Below, piece by piece: positions 1 to 13,728 of a stretch of DNA of 64,000 nucleotides. Source of the stretch: Octopus vulgaris. Taxonomy: Eukaryota. Positions within the stretch are counted from its first letter, which is position 1; the number at the start of each line of letters is the position of its first letter. A program made the position numbers and the translations under genes. The notes under the pieces are model-generated. The model was not told the DNA's origin, did not search any database, and worked only from the letters and a program-made list of their open reading frames with translations. The stretch covers positions 50,840,001 through 50,904,000 of the forward strand of contig OX597829.1 in NCBI GenBank assembly GCA_951406725.2, given 5' to 3'.

Positions 1-71
1 TATGTTCTCAGATCAAACTCAACAAAACCAAAGCAATAAACAAGTGAAAAATATACGAAATAAATATTTAC

Positions 72-136
72 CCATGTACTAAATTTAGTTTCAGCCGTTA
101 TTTTCCGCAAGGAAAAGTGCAGCATCATCAGCATGG
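72..136 (-). ncRNA. Type-I hammerhead ribozyme motif, intact core
   Basis: Minus strand reads CCATG-CTGATGA-T GCTG cac TTTTCC ttgc GGAAAA taa CGGC T-GAA-ACTAAATTTAGT-A-CATGG. This gives stem I, CUGAUGA, stem II, GAAA, a palindromic stem III and a GUA cleavage triplet. Confidence 0.85.
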
Positions 137-700
137 TCCCATATATAATGTAATTTGCTGGACTAAATGCCAACACGACACCAAAAATATCGCGTGCATG
201 GAGTCCGGCCTATTACATTTGAAATATATATTTCAAATGCCTTTACTTTTGGCGCGATGAGACCCGAGAAAACTAGCCTGCAGCTAATAGTTAGCAGCAG
301 TTAATTTATCGGTTAGAGAACAAATATTTATAAAATTAAATTTAGGGTAAAAATTGATATTTATCAATTTTTAGTGTGCAGTCCTTAATTGGTATATATA
401 AATATTTTAATCTTCGGATTCTTTCTTTAATATGCTAGACCACTGGTTCTAATTGATAAATATCAATTTTTACCCTAAATTTAATTTTATAAATATTTGT
501 TCTCTAACCGATAAATTAACTGCTGCTAACTATTAGCTGCAGGCTAGTTTTCTCGGGTCTCATTGCGCCAAAAGTAAAGGCATTTGAAATATATATTTCA
601 AATGTAATAGGCCGGACCCCATGCACGCGATATTTTTGGTGTCGTGTTGGCATTTAGTCCAGCAAATTACATTTTATATGGGACCATGCTGATGATGCTG
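120..700. repeat. Inverted repeat (arms 120-369 and 451-700) of a Penelope-like/retrozyme unit
   Basis: About 250-bp near-identical reverse-complement arms. Same family as 24550-25297. Confidence 0.9.
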
Positions 701-797
701 TTCCAGCATGGCTACAGTCAAATGACTGAAACAAATAAAAGAGTAAAAGAGAGAGTAAAGAGTATTTAAAAATCACTCTTTCAAAAACATAACCATA

Positions 798-1212
798 GGC
801 GCAGGAGTGGCTGTGTGGTAAGTAGCTTGCTTACCAACCACATGGTTCCGGGTTCAGTCCCACTGCGTGGCATCTTGGGCAAGTGTCTTCTGCTATAGCC
901 TCGGGCCGACCAATGCCTTATGAATGGATTTGGTAGAAGGAAACTGAAAGAAGCCTGTCGGATATATGTATATATATATGTATGTGTGTGTATATTTGTG
1001 TGTCTGTGTTTGTCCCCCTAGCATTGCTTGACAACCGATGCTGGTGTGTTTATGTCCCCGTCACTTAGCGGCTCGGCAAAAGAGACCGATAGAATAACTA
1101 CTGGGCTTACAAAGAATAAGTCCTGGAGTGATTTGCTCTACTAAAGGCGGTGCTCCAGCATGGCAGCAGTCAAATGACTGAAACAAGTAAAAGAGTAAAA
1201 GAGAGAGTAAAG
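798..1212 (+). mobile_element. tRNA-derived SINE family A (CORE-like), full length
   Basis: A/B-box head TGGCTGTGTGG...GGTTCAGTCCC, CORE-like ATCTTGGGCAAGTGTCTT, internal (TA)/(TG) tract, GTAAAAGA tail. Many copies in the window. Confidence 0.85.
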
Positions 1213-2454
1213 AGTATTTAAAAATCACTCTTTCAAAAACAGAACCATAAGCTGCTAAATCAAAAGTGACATCTGGAATTTTTATCAAAAATGTTGACCA
1301 CATCCATAGAACCATTCTCTCCCCCTTACATTAATGAATACAAAAAACAATTTTAAATAAGACCTTGAAATATAATTATAATTCTTACTGGAGAAAATAA
1401 AAAACAACATCTGGTTTTCCAATTAAAAACTCTGATCACACAAAAATTCCTTTTCAACCCCACCCAAAAGGCCACTAAATGGGAAAAAAAAAACTAACAT
1501 ACCAGCTCCTAATCAAACAAGTCTGACCACACTGATACAAAAGCAAAGATTCCTTTACATTCCCTCCTTCTCAAACTATTTTCTTCTTTCTTTTCCCTTC
1601 CTTCCATCAAACCCTTCAAAAAATACAAGAATACAATCCCAAGATACACTCCTACTTTCTTTTCTCTATCTTCATTATCTCCCACTCTCTCTCACACCTA
1701 CATCTTCCTTTCTAATTTGTTCTTCTATTCCCCTACCCCTCCTCCTCTCTCTTTCTAAAACATCATCAGTTTCAATTTTATGTAAAAAAGTTGAAGAAAA
1801 CTTACTATTAACCACTTTTTTGATAGATCCAATAATGGAAGTAAGTGCTAAAAATGTGAATAAAAAATATACATAATCATGTCTTTGTTATTTTCAGTAT
1901 ACAGTATGTTTAGTTTGGCTCAGATCTTTTATTTTTTTTTTAACTAAACAGTTTGAAACTTTGTATACTGGTGTAAGTTTTCATGTAGAACACTGTTTAC
2001 TTTGAACATTTTCAACAAAATTTCATACTTTAGAAGTTATTTCATGTTAAGTATTTGGGTAATTTTAAGCGATCAATTAAGTGCATTCACTTGAAGAAAG
2101 CTACTGCTGTTTGCAATAGTAATCAAAGAGGAACAACTACCAGATCATCTCTACGAAATGTCACCACTCTGTTCTATTTATATGTTATCCTTTCTTCTTT
2201 TCTAGTCAGCACTGTGCATTCCTTCCTTTTTCCCTCTCTATTGGCAGACGGCCACTTCTATGCTATCAACTACCAACTACTAGCAAGTGAACTTGTTGCT
2301 GCCACTACAATTACTGTATTTTCCAGGGTACAAGCCACTATTTTTTACCTGGAAAATTTAGTGTGTGACTAAATTTTAAATAAAGCATATTACTCTACCT
2401 CTGGTATTTGAGTACCCTTTTTTACACCTTGTTTCACATTCATGTGTTTACTCC

Positions 2455-2488
<34 letters not shown>

Positions 2489-3461
2489 TATATGTGCAAT
2501 AGGTTGTCCACATCTTGTGCCTTATAGCTGTGCTCACCAGCAGTGCACCCCATATAGTCATCAAAGACTTACCACAATATTATATAATATTATATTATGC
2601 ATCTTCTGCAATGGATTTGGAATTATAGGACCTGGGATATTCAACAAGGAATATTCCAACACCACCAAAGGAAATCTATACAAGGTGGCTGCTGCTGCTG
2701 CTGGAGAAAATAATGGTTATTCAGAGAATTAGGGTTGAATTATTTGCCACTTGTTTTGCTGTGTGTGTGTGTGTGTGAGTTTGGAGTATATTCTCGAAGT
2801 ATTTTTCCATTTATCTTTTTTTCTATTGAGATGTGATCAGTAGTTCTGTGTGTGTGTTGTTTTGTCTGTGTAAGTGTACACAGACATACACACACAGCTG
2901 GTCAGAACTAATGACCACATCTCCTCAATAGAAAAAAAAAGATAGAAAGAAAAATTCTTTGACAATATACCCCAAACACACAGACACACAGACACACACA
3001 CTCACACATACAGCAAAGCAAATGACAAATAATTCCATCTTAATTCTTTCAATAACCATCCTTAAAAAACATTCAACCATTTTCTCTCAGTCGAAAAAGA
3101 AAAAGAAGAATGTCTTTGACAATAGATTCCAAACAAAAACACACAGCTGGCTAAACCATGAATAAGAGGCTTTCCCATTCAATTCAAAAGACTTCCTTAA
3201 ACTTGAACTCTTGAACCCCACTTCAGATCCTACATATACAAAACCTTCATAAGAGACTGACTAAATCAAAATTTCATTAAGAACTAAAATTTGTCTACAA
3301 ACTGTCAGACCCCACAAAAAATGTTGTTTCTCTCTGACTCCCCACCTCGACCCCCCCCACCCAATTCTTTCTAATATTTGATAAGACTGAGTAATATTTT
3401 ATTAAACATTCTCTAAAATATAGTTCTGTGCTGTTTCCAGCTTTATTTACTTTAACTATAT

Positions 3462-3533
<72 letters not shown>

Positions 3534-3662
3534 CATGGAATTTTGTCAGTGAACAGGTTGCAGTTTCAAAGCGATGAAAATATTTCGACAAATTAGATTT
3601 AAATGCCAAAGTGAAAGCAATGGTTTTTGTGTTTTTAAATGGTTTATAAACCTCTTCCATGC

Positions 3663-3757
<95 letters not shown>

Positions 3758-3769
3758 ATGTGTGATAAC

Positions 3770-4098
3770 TATGCCAGTGGCACATAAAAGGCACCATCCA
3801 TACATAGCTGATGCCAGCGCCACATGACTGGCATTCATGTCGGTGACACGTAAAAAGCACCAACCGATCATGGCTGTTTTCCAGCCTCCTCTGACCCCTG
3901 TGCCAGTGGCACATAAAAAGCACCCACTACACTCACAGAGCGGTTGGCATTAGGAAGGGCATCCAGCTGTAGAAACACTGCCAGATCAGACTGGAGACTG
4001 GTGCAGCTTCCTGGCTTCCCAGACCCCAGACCCCAGTCGAACCATCCAACCCATGCTAGCATGGAAAACAGAAGTTAAACGATGATGATGATGATGAT
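3770..4098 (+). mobile_element. RTE LINE 3' UTR fragment (family C)
   Basis: GGCACATAAAAAGCACC modules, GGTTGGCATTAGGAAGGGCATCCAGCTGTAGAAAC motif, (GAT)n tail. Confidence 0.75.
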
Positions 4099-4154
4099 AT
4101 ATACATATATATGATGATATATACATATATATGATGATGATGATATATACATAT

Positions 4155-4640
4155 ATCATCATCATTATCATCGTTTAACTTCTGTTTTCCATGCTAGCAT
4201 GGGTTGGATGGTTCAACTGGGGTCTGGGAAGCCAGGAAGCTGCACCAGTCTCCAGTCTGATCTGGCAGTGTTTCTACAGCTGGGTGCCAGTCTGGTGGTA
4301 CTGGCTACAGCCATGCTTGAAATGGTGTTTCTTTACATGCCACCTGCACAGGAGTCAGTCCAGTGGCACTGGAAATGACCTTGCTCAAATAATTTGTTCA
4401 CGTGCCACCAGCACAAGTGCCAGTAAGGTGACACAAGTAACAATCACGCTCAAATGGTGCTTTTAACGTGCCCACCAGCATGGAAGCTAAATAGCTGCTC
4501 TGGCAGTGATCCCGCTCGGATGGAGCTGTTAGCGCACCAATGGCACGAGTGCCAGTCATTGAATTTGGTTCAATTTCGATTTCTCTTGCCCCAACAGGTC
4601 TTCACAAGCAGAGTTTAGTGTCCAAAGAAGTGAAGGTTTG
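4155..4640 (-). mobile_element. RTE LINE 3' UTR fragment (family C), inverted
   Basis: Reverse complement of family C. The distal part matches 38000-38330. Confidence 0.7.
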
Positions 4641-5159
4641 CAGTAGTGGGCTGGCTACATGTATGAATGTATGTATTTGTGTGTCTGTGTTTGTCCCCCC
4701 ATCCTTGCTTGACAACCAATGTTGGTGCATCTACATCCCTATAACTTAGCAGTTCAGCGAAATAGACGGATAGAATAAGTACTAGGCTTACAAAGATTAA
4801 GTCCTGGGTTCGATTTGTTCGACTAAAGTTGGTGCTCCAGCATGGCCGCAGTCAAATGACTGAAACAAGTAAAAGAATAAAAGGAAAAGCACATCTGCAT
4901 ATATAAAATGCTTCTCTTAGTTTCCATCTACGAAATCCATTCACAAGGCTTTGGTCAACCTGAGACTACAGCAGACGGCACTTGCTGATGATGCCATGTT
5001 GTGGGATCGAACCTAGAACCATGTGGCTGGGCTTCAAACTCCTTTACCACACAACCATGCCCACACCAGTTTAAAAACAAAAAAAGAAGGCAATTATTTT
5101 ATTGAATGTGTACAGAATAGATAAACAAATAAAAGTAATGATACAACACCAGTAATTTC

Positions 5160-5880
5160 AGTGGGGAGGAGATTAAGTCGATTACGTCGACCCCAGTGTT
5201 TCACTGTTACTTATTTTATCAACCCCAAGAAAATGAAAGGCAAAGTCAACCTATTTCTTTATTGCCCACAAGGGGCTAAACACAGAGGGAACAAACAAGG
5301 ACAGACATAGGTATTTAGACGATTACATCGACCCAGTGCATAACTGGTACTTAATTTATCGACCCCGAAAGGATGAAAGGCAAAGTCGACCTCGGCGGAA
5401 TTTGAACTCACAACGTAACAGCAGACGAAATACCGCTAAGCATTTCACCCGGCGTGCTAACATTTCTGCCAGCTCGCCGCCTTTAATGCACCCAGTACAA
5501 AGGCAAAGTCAACCATGGCAGAATTTGAACTCAGAAAGTAAAGACGGACAGAATGCTGTTGAGCACTTTCCCAATGTGCTGATGGGAAAATGCCATCAAG
5601 CATATTTTCTGTCACAGTAACAATTCTATCAGCTTGCCTCCTTAGAATTTTTGTCATGCTGGCTTCAAATTTTGGCACAGGGCATGGAACGATGGGGAGA
5701 AGATGAGCTAGTTACCTTGACCCCCAGTGTTCAACTGGCCCTTATTTAATCAACCCCACAAAGGGATGAAAGGCAAAGTCAACCTTGACAGAAATTGAAC
5801 TCAGAATGTAAAGACAGGCAAAAAGCTGCTAAGCACTTTTTCCCAGCATGCTAACAATTCTGCCAGCTTCTCACCTTTAT
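5160..5880 (-). mobile_element. Cluster of nested SINE family B copies (Meta-domain-like)
   Basis: Repeated reverse complement of GCCTTTCATCCTTTCGGGGTCGATAAATTAAGTACCAG. A younger copy at 5252-5483 is flanked by duplicated AAAGGCAAAGTCAACC. Confidence 0.8.
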
Positions 5881-6004
5881 AATTCTGTCATATTAACTAA
5901 AGGTAAATTTGGTCATTCACAGAACCACCTTCAGACTCAAATGCTATTTATATCAGATAGTGAAATAGATAAATAAATAGAATATAGTGATATTTGTATG
6001 CATA

Positions 6005-6393
6005 GGTGTGGGAGTGATTGTATGGTAAAAAGCTTGTTTCCCCAACCACACGGTTCTGGGTTCAGTCCCACAGCATGGCACCTTGAGCAAGTGTCTTCTA
6101 CTATAGCCTCAGGCCGACCAAAGCCTTGAAAGTATATTTGGTAGACAAAAACTGAAAGAAGCCCATCATATGTGTGTGTGTGTATTTGTGTGTCTGTGTC
6201 CCTCCACCATTACTTTACAACGGATGTTGGTGTGTTTATGTCTCCATAACTTAGCGGTTTGGCAAAAGAGACCAACAGACTAAGTACTAGGCTGACAAAG
6301 AATAAGTCCTGGGGTTGATTTGTTCAACTAAAGGTAGTGCCCCAGCATGGTTACAATCAAAATGACTGAAACAAGTAAAAGAATAAAAGAATA
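6005..6393 (+). mobile_element. SINE family A
   Basis: Colinear with 798-1212. Confidence 0.8.
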
Positions 6394-6901
6394 GGTATAA
6401 ACACACACAAATACATATTATCAGACTGAGATGCATTGAAGTTAATCTTGGCTTCGTATAGTCTCCATTAAGTTAAAATCTTGTATGGAATTGAGCAGAA
6501 TAGTAATTAGGTTTACTGTTCTACATAAATCCAGGTCTTAGGGTGGGTTGTTTTGCATGATGGGCTTCTTTCAGTTTCCATCAACCAAATCAATCCACTC
6601 ACAAGGTTTTGATTGGCCCAAGGCTCTAACAGAAGACACTTGCCCAAGGTGTCACACAGTGGGACTGAACCCAGAACCATGTGGTTGGTAAGCAAACCTT
6701 TTACCACAGCCATGCCTGCTTTTAACTTTTTTTTTCATTAATTGAGAAAATAATTTAAGGGAGATTTAGCAACTATTTCTAGCTTTGTGTGTGTGAGGTG
6801 TAAGTATGTGTAGTGTGAGTGTGTCTGGTGTGCCTGTGAGTGTGCGTGGTTTGAGTGTGTGGTATGTATGTGGTCTGTGTGTGTTTGTGGTCTGTAGTGT
6901 G

Positions 6902-7001
<100 letters not shown>

Positions 7002-7429
7002 GTGTTGATCCTGATATTAATAGGGCTGGGCTGAAATGTCTCAATACAAATCCTTCAATTAAATCGGTATCACCAACAAAAATTAATTAATCTGATTGAA
7101 AAACAAAATCAAGACACTAATTGCTTTGTAAGTGCTTTCAAAATAAATGAACAAAATTAATTGGATATCAAATCCAAAACAAGAAATTGTAATTATTATT
7201 TAAGTAGTATTTTCTAGTTTAATACATTGTTACATGTGGTTATTGTCTATTTAAGTTAATGTCATTCCTAATTGAGTAGACATATGACTGAAGCCATTCC
7301 ATCCATGACCATCCCACCTTCTTTGTTTTTTCATGAATAGTGTGCATAGGTGTACATTTTCCAATGTGTTCTTGTTTTTTAAGATAGTTGTTTTTTTGAT
7401 TGGAGGAGAGGACCCTCCCCACCCAGTAT

Positions 7430-7926
7430 TAAGTTTACACTGTCAAAGGTAATGCTTATATTTATGCTTATTATTTTGAATTAATCAAGCATTATCTTGT
7501 AGCATTAAGATTGCAATGATGTGATCATTTATTTTTATTTTGTAGGCTAGGTGTAAGAGGCCAGATCCAGCCAGTTTTAACATCAAACAATGTAGAATAT
7601 TTAGGTTGGATATGACTGATTTGAGTGCTAAAGAGTTAAAGTGCACATTAGACGTGTACAGTCTTGAAATAAACCATAAGGCTATTATTTTTGTATTATC
7701 TCTTTATCCTCGAGTTAATCTTACAAATGTAATGCTTATTTATCCACATCATTATGGAATTAATCATGCATTATCTCATAGCTTTGAGATTTTAATGGTG
7801 TGATGATTGTTTAGTTTTAGAATGATATTGTAGGGTCGGTGTGAAAGGCCTGATCTGTTCAGTTTAAACGTAACACAGGTAGAATATACAGGTTTGATAT
7901 GGCTGCTTTAAATGCTAAAGGGTTAA
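7430..7926 (+). mobile_element. Two old piggyBac-type MITEs in tandem
   Basis: Ends GCTAAAGAGTTAA and GCTAAAGGGTTAA. Body similar to 52640-52868 and 53445-53643. Confidence 0.6.
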
Positions 7927-7999
7927 GGTGCTATTTCTAGCAGGTCAAACAACCACAAAAAAAAAAACCTACCTCTTTGGTTCATAAATACTTGTATTA

Positions 8000-8315
8000 A
8001 TTACCTCTGCCTTAGAGAAGGCGGAGGTATTGTTTTCAGTTGAGTTTGTTTGTTTGTCCTTGGACAAGATATCTCAAGAACTGTTAGATGGATTTGGATG
8101 AAACTTTCTGGGATGGCACAAACTGATTAGATTTTGGAATTGATCCAGTACTGGACAAGGATTCTGGATTATTTTTCCTGTTTTTTTACTTAATTTTTGA
8201 GAGCAGTCAGGTTCATTTTAAGTATTCTCATTTGTGAGAGCAGTCAAGTTTATTTCAGATATTCTCATTATAAAAATCATCTCTGGCTAATCATTGAGAG
8301 GACATTGGTTTTGCC
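8000..8315 (+). mobile_element. Interspersed repeat, possibly Helentron-associated (HINE-like)
   Basis: ATTACCTCTGCC...GGCGGAGGT hairpin followed by (GTTT)n. A second copy lies on the minus strand at about 55805-55990. Confidence 0.45.
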
Positions 8316-8677
8316 TTTCTTGTTTATATAGTGTGGTTGTTATAATTTAGTCCCTGGTCAGTTTTAATTAAATGGATCTATGGTCTACTAAAGTATTCCA
8401 GTCATGACCATCTGGTCTGTTGCCTAAATAGATAGAAACTAAGATGCAAGTAATTAATCAGCATGTGCTACTCTGAGATGATTGGATATGTGATTTGGCT
8501 GCTATTTCAAACAGGTTGAATAACCATCCAGAGGGTCCCTCATTTGGAGTATGCTATTGTTTTTTTTTTGGGGGGTGGTTTAAGAATCTCTCACCCCGCC
8601 ATCTTCTACTCTCTTTTTGCATTTACTTGGACCACCTGCCTACTCACCCCATCCAATCCTTTGTGCCGCTCCACTTA

Positions 8678-9531
8678 CAAGGTGATGGCAAAAGTTCCCA
8701 GACTTGTTATGTTTGATAAAAAATAACTTATTTATCTAAGTTTTAACATCATCTCCTTCAAAATAGTCACCTAGCACAGCAATATACTGGTCCCAGGGTT
8801 CCTGACATTTATGGAATCCAGTCTGGAATTCATTTTGCATAAGTGAGTCGAGGACTCAATGGTGTTAAAACAGTGACCTTGGGGAAAAAGTGGAAATCTG
8901 CAGGTGCTAAATCTGGTGAATAGGGTGGATGTGAAAGTGATACCCTGTTGTTTTTGGTAAGAAACTCACAAGTGAGGAGAGCTTGGTGACAGGGTGCATT
9001 GACATCATGAAGAATCCAGTTCTTCATGATCTACAGATCCAGTTACTTTCACTGAATATCCTCCTTCAAATACTTCAAAACATTGCAGTAGAACTCTCAA
9101 TTGATGGTCTGGCCTTGGGGGACAAATTCTCAATGCACAATACCACAGATGTCGAAAGATACGATGGGCGTGCTCTTGATTGAGCTGTGGTTTTGTCATG
9201 TCTTCTTCCGTTGTGGAAATGAAGGGCTCTTCCATTTTGACAACTGCTGCTTTGTCTCAGGGTTGTACTCAATGACTCTGTAGCAAACCTCCCAAGTTTA
9301 ATACAAAATTTCACATTGGCTCGTAATTTCTGTCTGTGACAAAATCGCAGACTACAGCATACACAGGATCATGAAAACACAAATGTTGCAACTTGCAAAG
9401 TAAACACAGCAATATCATTTGGCACACAGCCTCATGAAGGTCACTGCTGGCTTTCACTGTGCACACAACTGGGTGCTGCCATCTGTTGGCATGCTACAGA
9501 ATTAATCCGGGAACTTTTTGATACCACTTCA
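8678..9531 (-). mobile_element. Internally deleted mariner element
   Basis: TA-flanked degenerate TIRs (...AAAAGTTCCC). Translated remnants KFCIKLG and WILHDVNAPCH...HPPYSPDLAPADFHFFPK match mariner transposase motifs. Confidence 0.9.
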
Positions 9532-10214
9532 TACATACACCTCTCTGAAACTTTTTAGGTACTTCTCAGTACATCTTCCCCGACATCTCACATCCGCTTT
9601 CTCTATCCCATCTCTGTCTCCTTTTCCAACTGGTGGGTAGCCATGTGGGTAGCCATGTATCTCCTCTACAGAAAGACACCTATTTTTGTCCCTCTTTCAC
9701 TCTAATCTCTCATCAACAGGTAGAAAGCCACCTCTTTCAATTCTACTCCCCATCTTCAGTTAATGGGTTTTGTCTTGCAAGATACTTGGTAACCTGACTG
9801 CTGTTGGTGCCATGTAAAATACATGTAGCACACACTATAAAGTAGTTGGCATTAGGAACAGTACCAAGCTGTAGAAACCATACCAAAGCAGACAGTAGAG
9901 TTTAGCATAGTCTTCTGGCTTACCAGCTCCTATCAAACCACCAAGAATGCAAAACAGATGTTAAATGATGATGATGATGATGATGAAAAAAAGGCAATAT
10001 TTTTCAAGTGCCATAACAGATTACAAGAAATCAGAAAGAATTTAGCAGAAAACCAATGTAATTGATTCCAGAATTTATCTGAGAATTCTTTAAATCCACA
10101 TAATCTGAAATAAATAAATAAATTTATTAAATTTAAAATATATAAAAATTTAGTATTTAGAAAAAAATTTATTTTTCTTGAATTATTTTCTACGTATTAT
10201 ATTCGATACTTCAA

Positions 10215-10385
10215 CTTAACACCCATCATCGCCATAAAAATTGCCACCTCCATCATCAATAGTAGCACCATCACCATCATAACCATCACCTTCATCACCA
10301 TTATCATCATTATCATAGCCATTATCCTCATTGTCATCACCATTAAGATCATCATCATCATTATCATCACTACCATCATCATCAA
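10215..10385. repeat. Degenerate (CAT/CAC)n trinucleotide tract
   Basis: Direct inspection. Confidence 0.8.
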
Positions 10386-11508
10386 CACAAAACCATCTGT
10401 GTGCAAGTTTTACTGTATGGTTAAAACATTTTCTTTGCAACTATTTGTTTCACGGTTCCATCCCAATGAACATAGCGTTTTGTAAGTTAAATTTCTACAT
10501 TTTCTCAACTGGTTTCACAATTATTATGATGATATTTTACACATCACTTTTGAAAAAGTAGTTGTCTATTACACATGGCTTGTATTTCCTAATAAATACA
10601 TTTTCCTTCTTCTTCCATATTTGATTGGTAATGTTGTCACCATATTTATTAAATGGGAAAGCTGGATATTTAGGGAATTTATTTGCCACACATTAGTCCA
10701 AATCTTCACTGACTGATATTTGTTGGGTATCAGCATTTTATATTTGATGATGATGTACAGACATTCCTTTCCTCGAAATTTTATCCCTTTTTTTTTCCTG
10801 TGTAATCATTATTACATTTATTACATTTAATAATATAAATTAAATTCATTAATGCACAACTGAAGTTATAGTTTATGATAAATATTTGTCTCAATTCAAA
10901 TTCATAATTTGCACCTTCAATGCAATTAAGACAGATTTCATTTAGAATTATTCACACGTTTTGTCTACTGGAACAGTATTTTCATTTGCTAAGTTGATAC
11001 TGGCTCACAATTTCTGTAAATGTTTTGTGTTTTTCTTTAAACTGTTTTAATTTACTTGTATCATTCTCTTTGCATGTATACATATATGCATGTGTGTATA
11101 TATATATAATAATAATATTAGGGAGTAAATCCAAACTTACAGGGAAAAATTAGATTTAGGATTAAATCTAATTTTACAGTATAAATATATATATATGTAT
11201 ATATTAAATTAGAGATAAAACCACTATTAGGCAAATCAAACAGTGAATAACATAAACCAAAAAACATAGAAATAAAATTAATTAATATGATATACAAAAT
11301 ATATAAAATATAAAATTCAAAATTTAAATTATTTAAATTTAAAGTGAAAATTTTAAAAAAATTAATTTTTTAATTAATTTATACTTATAAATGTTTATAT
11401 ATATATATATATATATATATATGTAGGTCCCGGGTTGATTCGGGGTTAACCACAGTAAATAAGGTACTCAATACATAGCAGAGTAAAATTAATTTATTAT
11501 ATAGAAGG

Positions 11509-11559
11509 AGCTTCTACAGGACTAGAACTGTTTCATTCAAGAGAAATCTTCAGGAAGCT
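11509..11559 (-). ncRNA. Type-I hammerhead ribozyme motif, intact core
   Basis: AGCTTC-CTGAAGA-T TTC tctt GAA T-GAA-ACAG ttctagtc CTGT-A-GAAGCT, within repeat 11423-11570 that also occurs at 25545-25680. Confidence 0.8.
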
Positions 11560-11591
11560 AGTTAACAAGAATTGTATTGGCATTTATACAT

Positions 11592-11670
<79 letters not shown>

Positions 11671-11959
11671 CATTATACATTATATATATATATATATAAA
11701 TATATATATGGCATTTATACATTATATATATATATATATATATATATAAATATATATATATATATTTTATTATTTTTATTTTTATTATTATTTATTTTTA
11801 TTTTTTAATTTTTTTTATTATTTATTTATTTATATATTTATTTATATATTTATTCATTTATTTATTTATTTATTTAATTTTAATTTTTTTTTAAATATAT
11901 ATAACTATCAAAAAGTATTAAAAAGTTTAATATAAGATAAAAAGATATATATATACATG

Positions 11960-12190
11960 AGGGCAGTGAGCTGGCAGAAATGTTGGCACGCCGGATAAAA
12001 TGCTTAGCAATATTTCGTCTGCCATTATGTTCTGAGTTCAAACTCCACCAAGGTCAACTTTACCTTTCATCCTTTCAGGGTAGATTAAATAAGTACTAGA
12101 TATGCACTGGAGTCAATCTAATCAACTTAATCCCTTTGTCTGTCCCTGTTTGTCCCCTCTATGTTTAGCCCCCTGTAGATAATAAAGAAA
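11960..12190 (+). mobile_element. SINE family B
   Basis: Colinear with 17849-18078. Confidence 0.8.
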
Positions 12191-12309
12191 TATGTACACA
12201 CACACACACACACATATGTATACCTCCTTCTGAGGACTCACCTAGCTAAGTGAAATCATGGCCATTGCCAGTCCAGAATGTTGGGCCCTACAGAGGTGGT
12301 GAAGTATGA

Positions 12310-12675
12310 ATTTTAGGCCCCACGTAGGCGATGACAAGTGACCAAGACCTTTGGTAATATGCAGTGCTTGAGAAGACATGTCAAGCGAAATGAAATTATA
12401 GCTGTGGCTGTTGCTAGTGTCATATAAATGGCACTTGGGAAATCGTTGTCAACATCATGCATACGGAACCCATGCCAATGGCACATAAAAAAGCACCCAT
12501 TACGCTCTGGGAGTGGTTGGCATTAGGAAGGGCATCCAGATGTAGAAAACTATGCCAAATCAGAATGGAACATGGTGCAGCCCTCCAGCTTACCAGTTTC
12601 AGTTAAGTGATTAACCCATGCCGGAATGGAAACCGGACAGTAAATGACTATGATGATGATATTGATGATGATGAT
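12310..12675 (+). mobile_element. RTE LINE 3' end (ORF end plus family C UTR)
   Basis: Remnant AMTSDQDLW*YAVLEKTCQAK* runs directly into family C sequence and a (GAT)n tail. Confidence 0.65.
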
Positions 12676-13176
12676 TACATGTGTGGTGTGGGTGTGGCAT
12701 ATTCACTTCCCCACCCATACCATTTCTTTTACACACTCCCTTCGCATAATTTGATGATACACCCTGGCACATCTTCACTATATTTTCATTTTTCTTTTCT
12801 AAAAGAGGTAACCATGGCATGTAGGTAACCCTACAGCATGACACCTGTTCATGTCCTTCAATCATGATTTAGCCATTCCTCACCTGGTAAAAAGCCACTT
12901 TCCTAAAACACCCCGCCCCACTCAGTTGGCAGGTCTTGTTTTGCAAGTTACTTGATGGCCTTTCTAGTGTTGCAAAAAGCACTTGGCACAATCTGGAAAA
13001 GTAGCTGGGGTTTTGAAGGGCATCCAGCTGTAAAAATTATGCCAAAGTAGACATTGGATTTTAATGCAATCCTCTGGCTTGCCAGCTTTGAAAACAGTCA
13101 TTAAACAATGATGATGATGATGAAGATAATATACATATCTATATATGTATACACACACACACACACACACACTATA

Positions 13177-13640
13177 AGGTGCAAGTGTAGCTGCATGGTA
13201 AGAAGCTTGCTTCTCAACCACATGGTTCCTGGCTCAGTTCCACTGAGTGGCATCTTGGGCAAGTGTCATCTACTATAACCTTGGACTGACCAAAGCCTTC
13301 TGTATTGATTTGGTAGACAGAAACTGTAAGAAAACTATTATATGTGTGTGGGTGTGGGTATGTGTGGGTGGGGTGTGTGCATGTGTGTGTGTGTGTGTGT
13401 GTGTGTTTGTGTGTATGTGGCTGCGTGTCTGTGTTTGACCCCCACCATTGTTTGACAACCAGTGTTGGTGAATCTGTCCCCATAACTTAACAGTTCAGCA
13501 AAGGTGACCAACAGGAATAAGTATCAGGCTTAGAAAATACAAAAAATAAGTACTGGGATCAATTCATTCAAGTGAAAATTCTTCAAAGTGGTGCCCCAGC
13601 ATGGCCACAGACTAGTGACTGAAACGAGTAAAAAGAAAAA
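13177..13640 (+). mobile_element. SINE family A (older copy)
   Basis: Colinear with 798-1212. Confidence 0.75.
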
Positions 13641-13728
13641 AAACCACAATGGTAGTGACTTATAAAAGCGTTTGATATACTTTATAGTATATTTATGGTT
13701 GCATAGCAGAAAACCACATCCTTACAAG

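Noticed and set aside
3025-3300. Possible decayed Penelope RT thumb (SVEKEKEECL-like)
   Set aside because: Too degenerate to support by eye.
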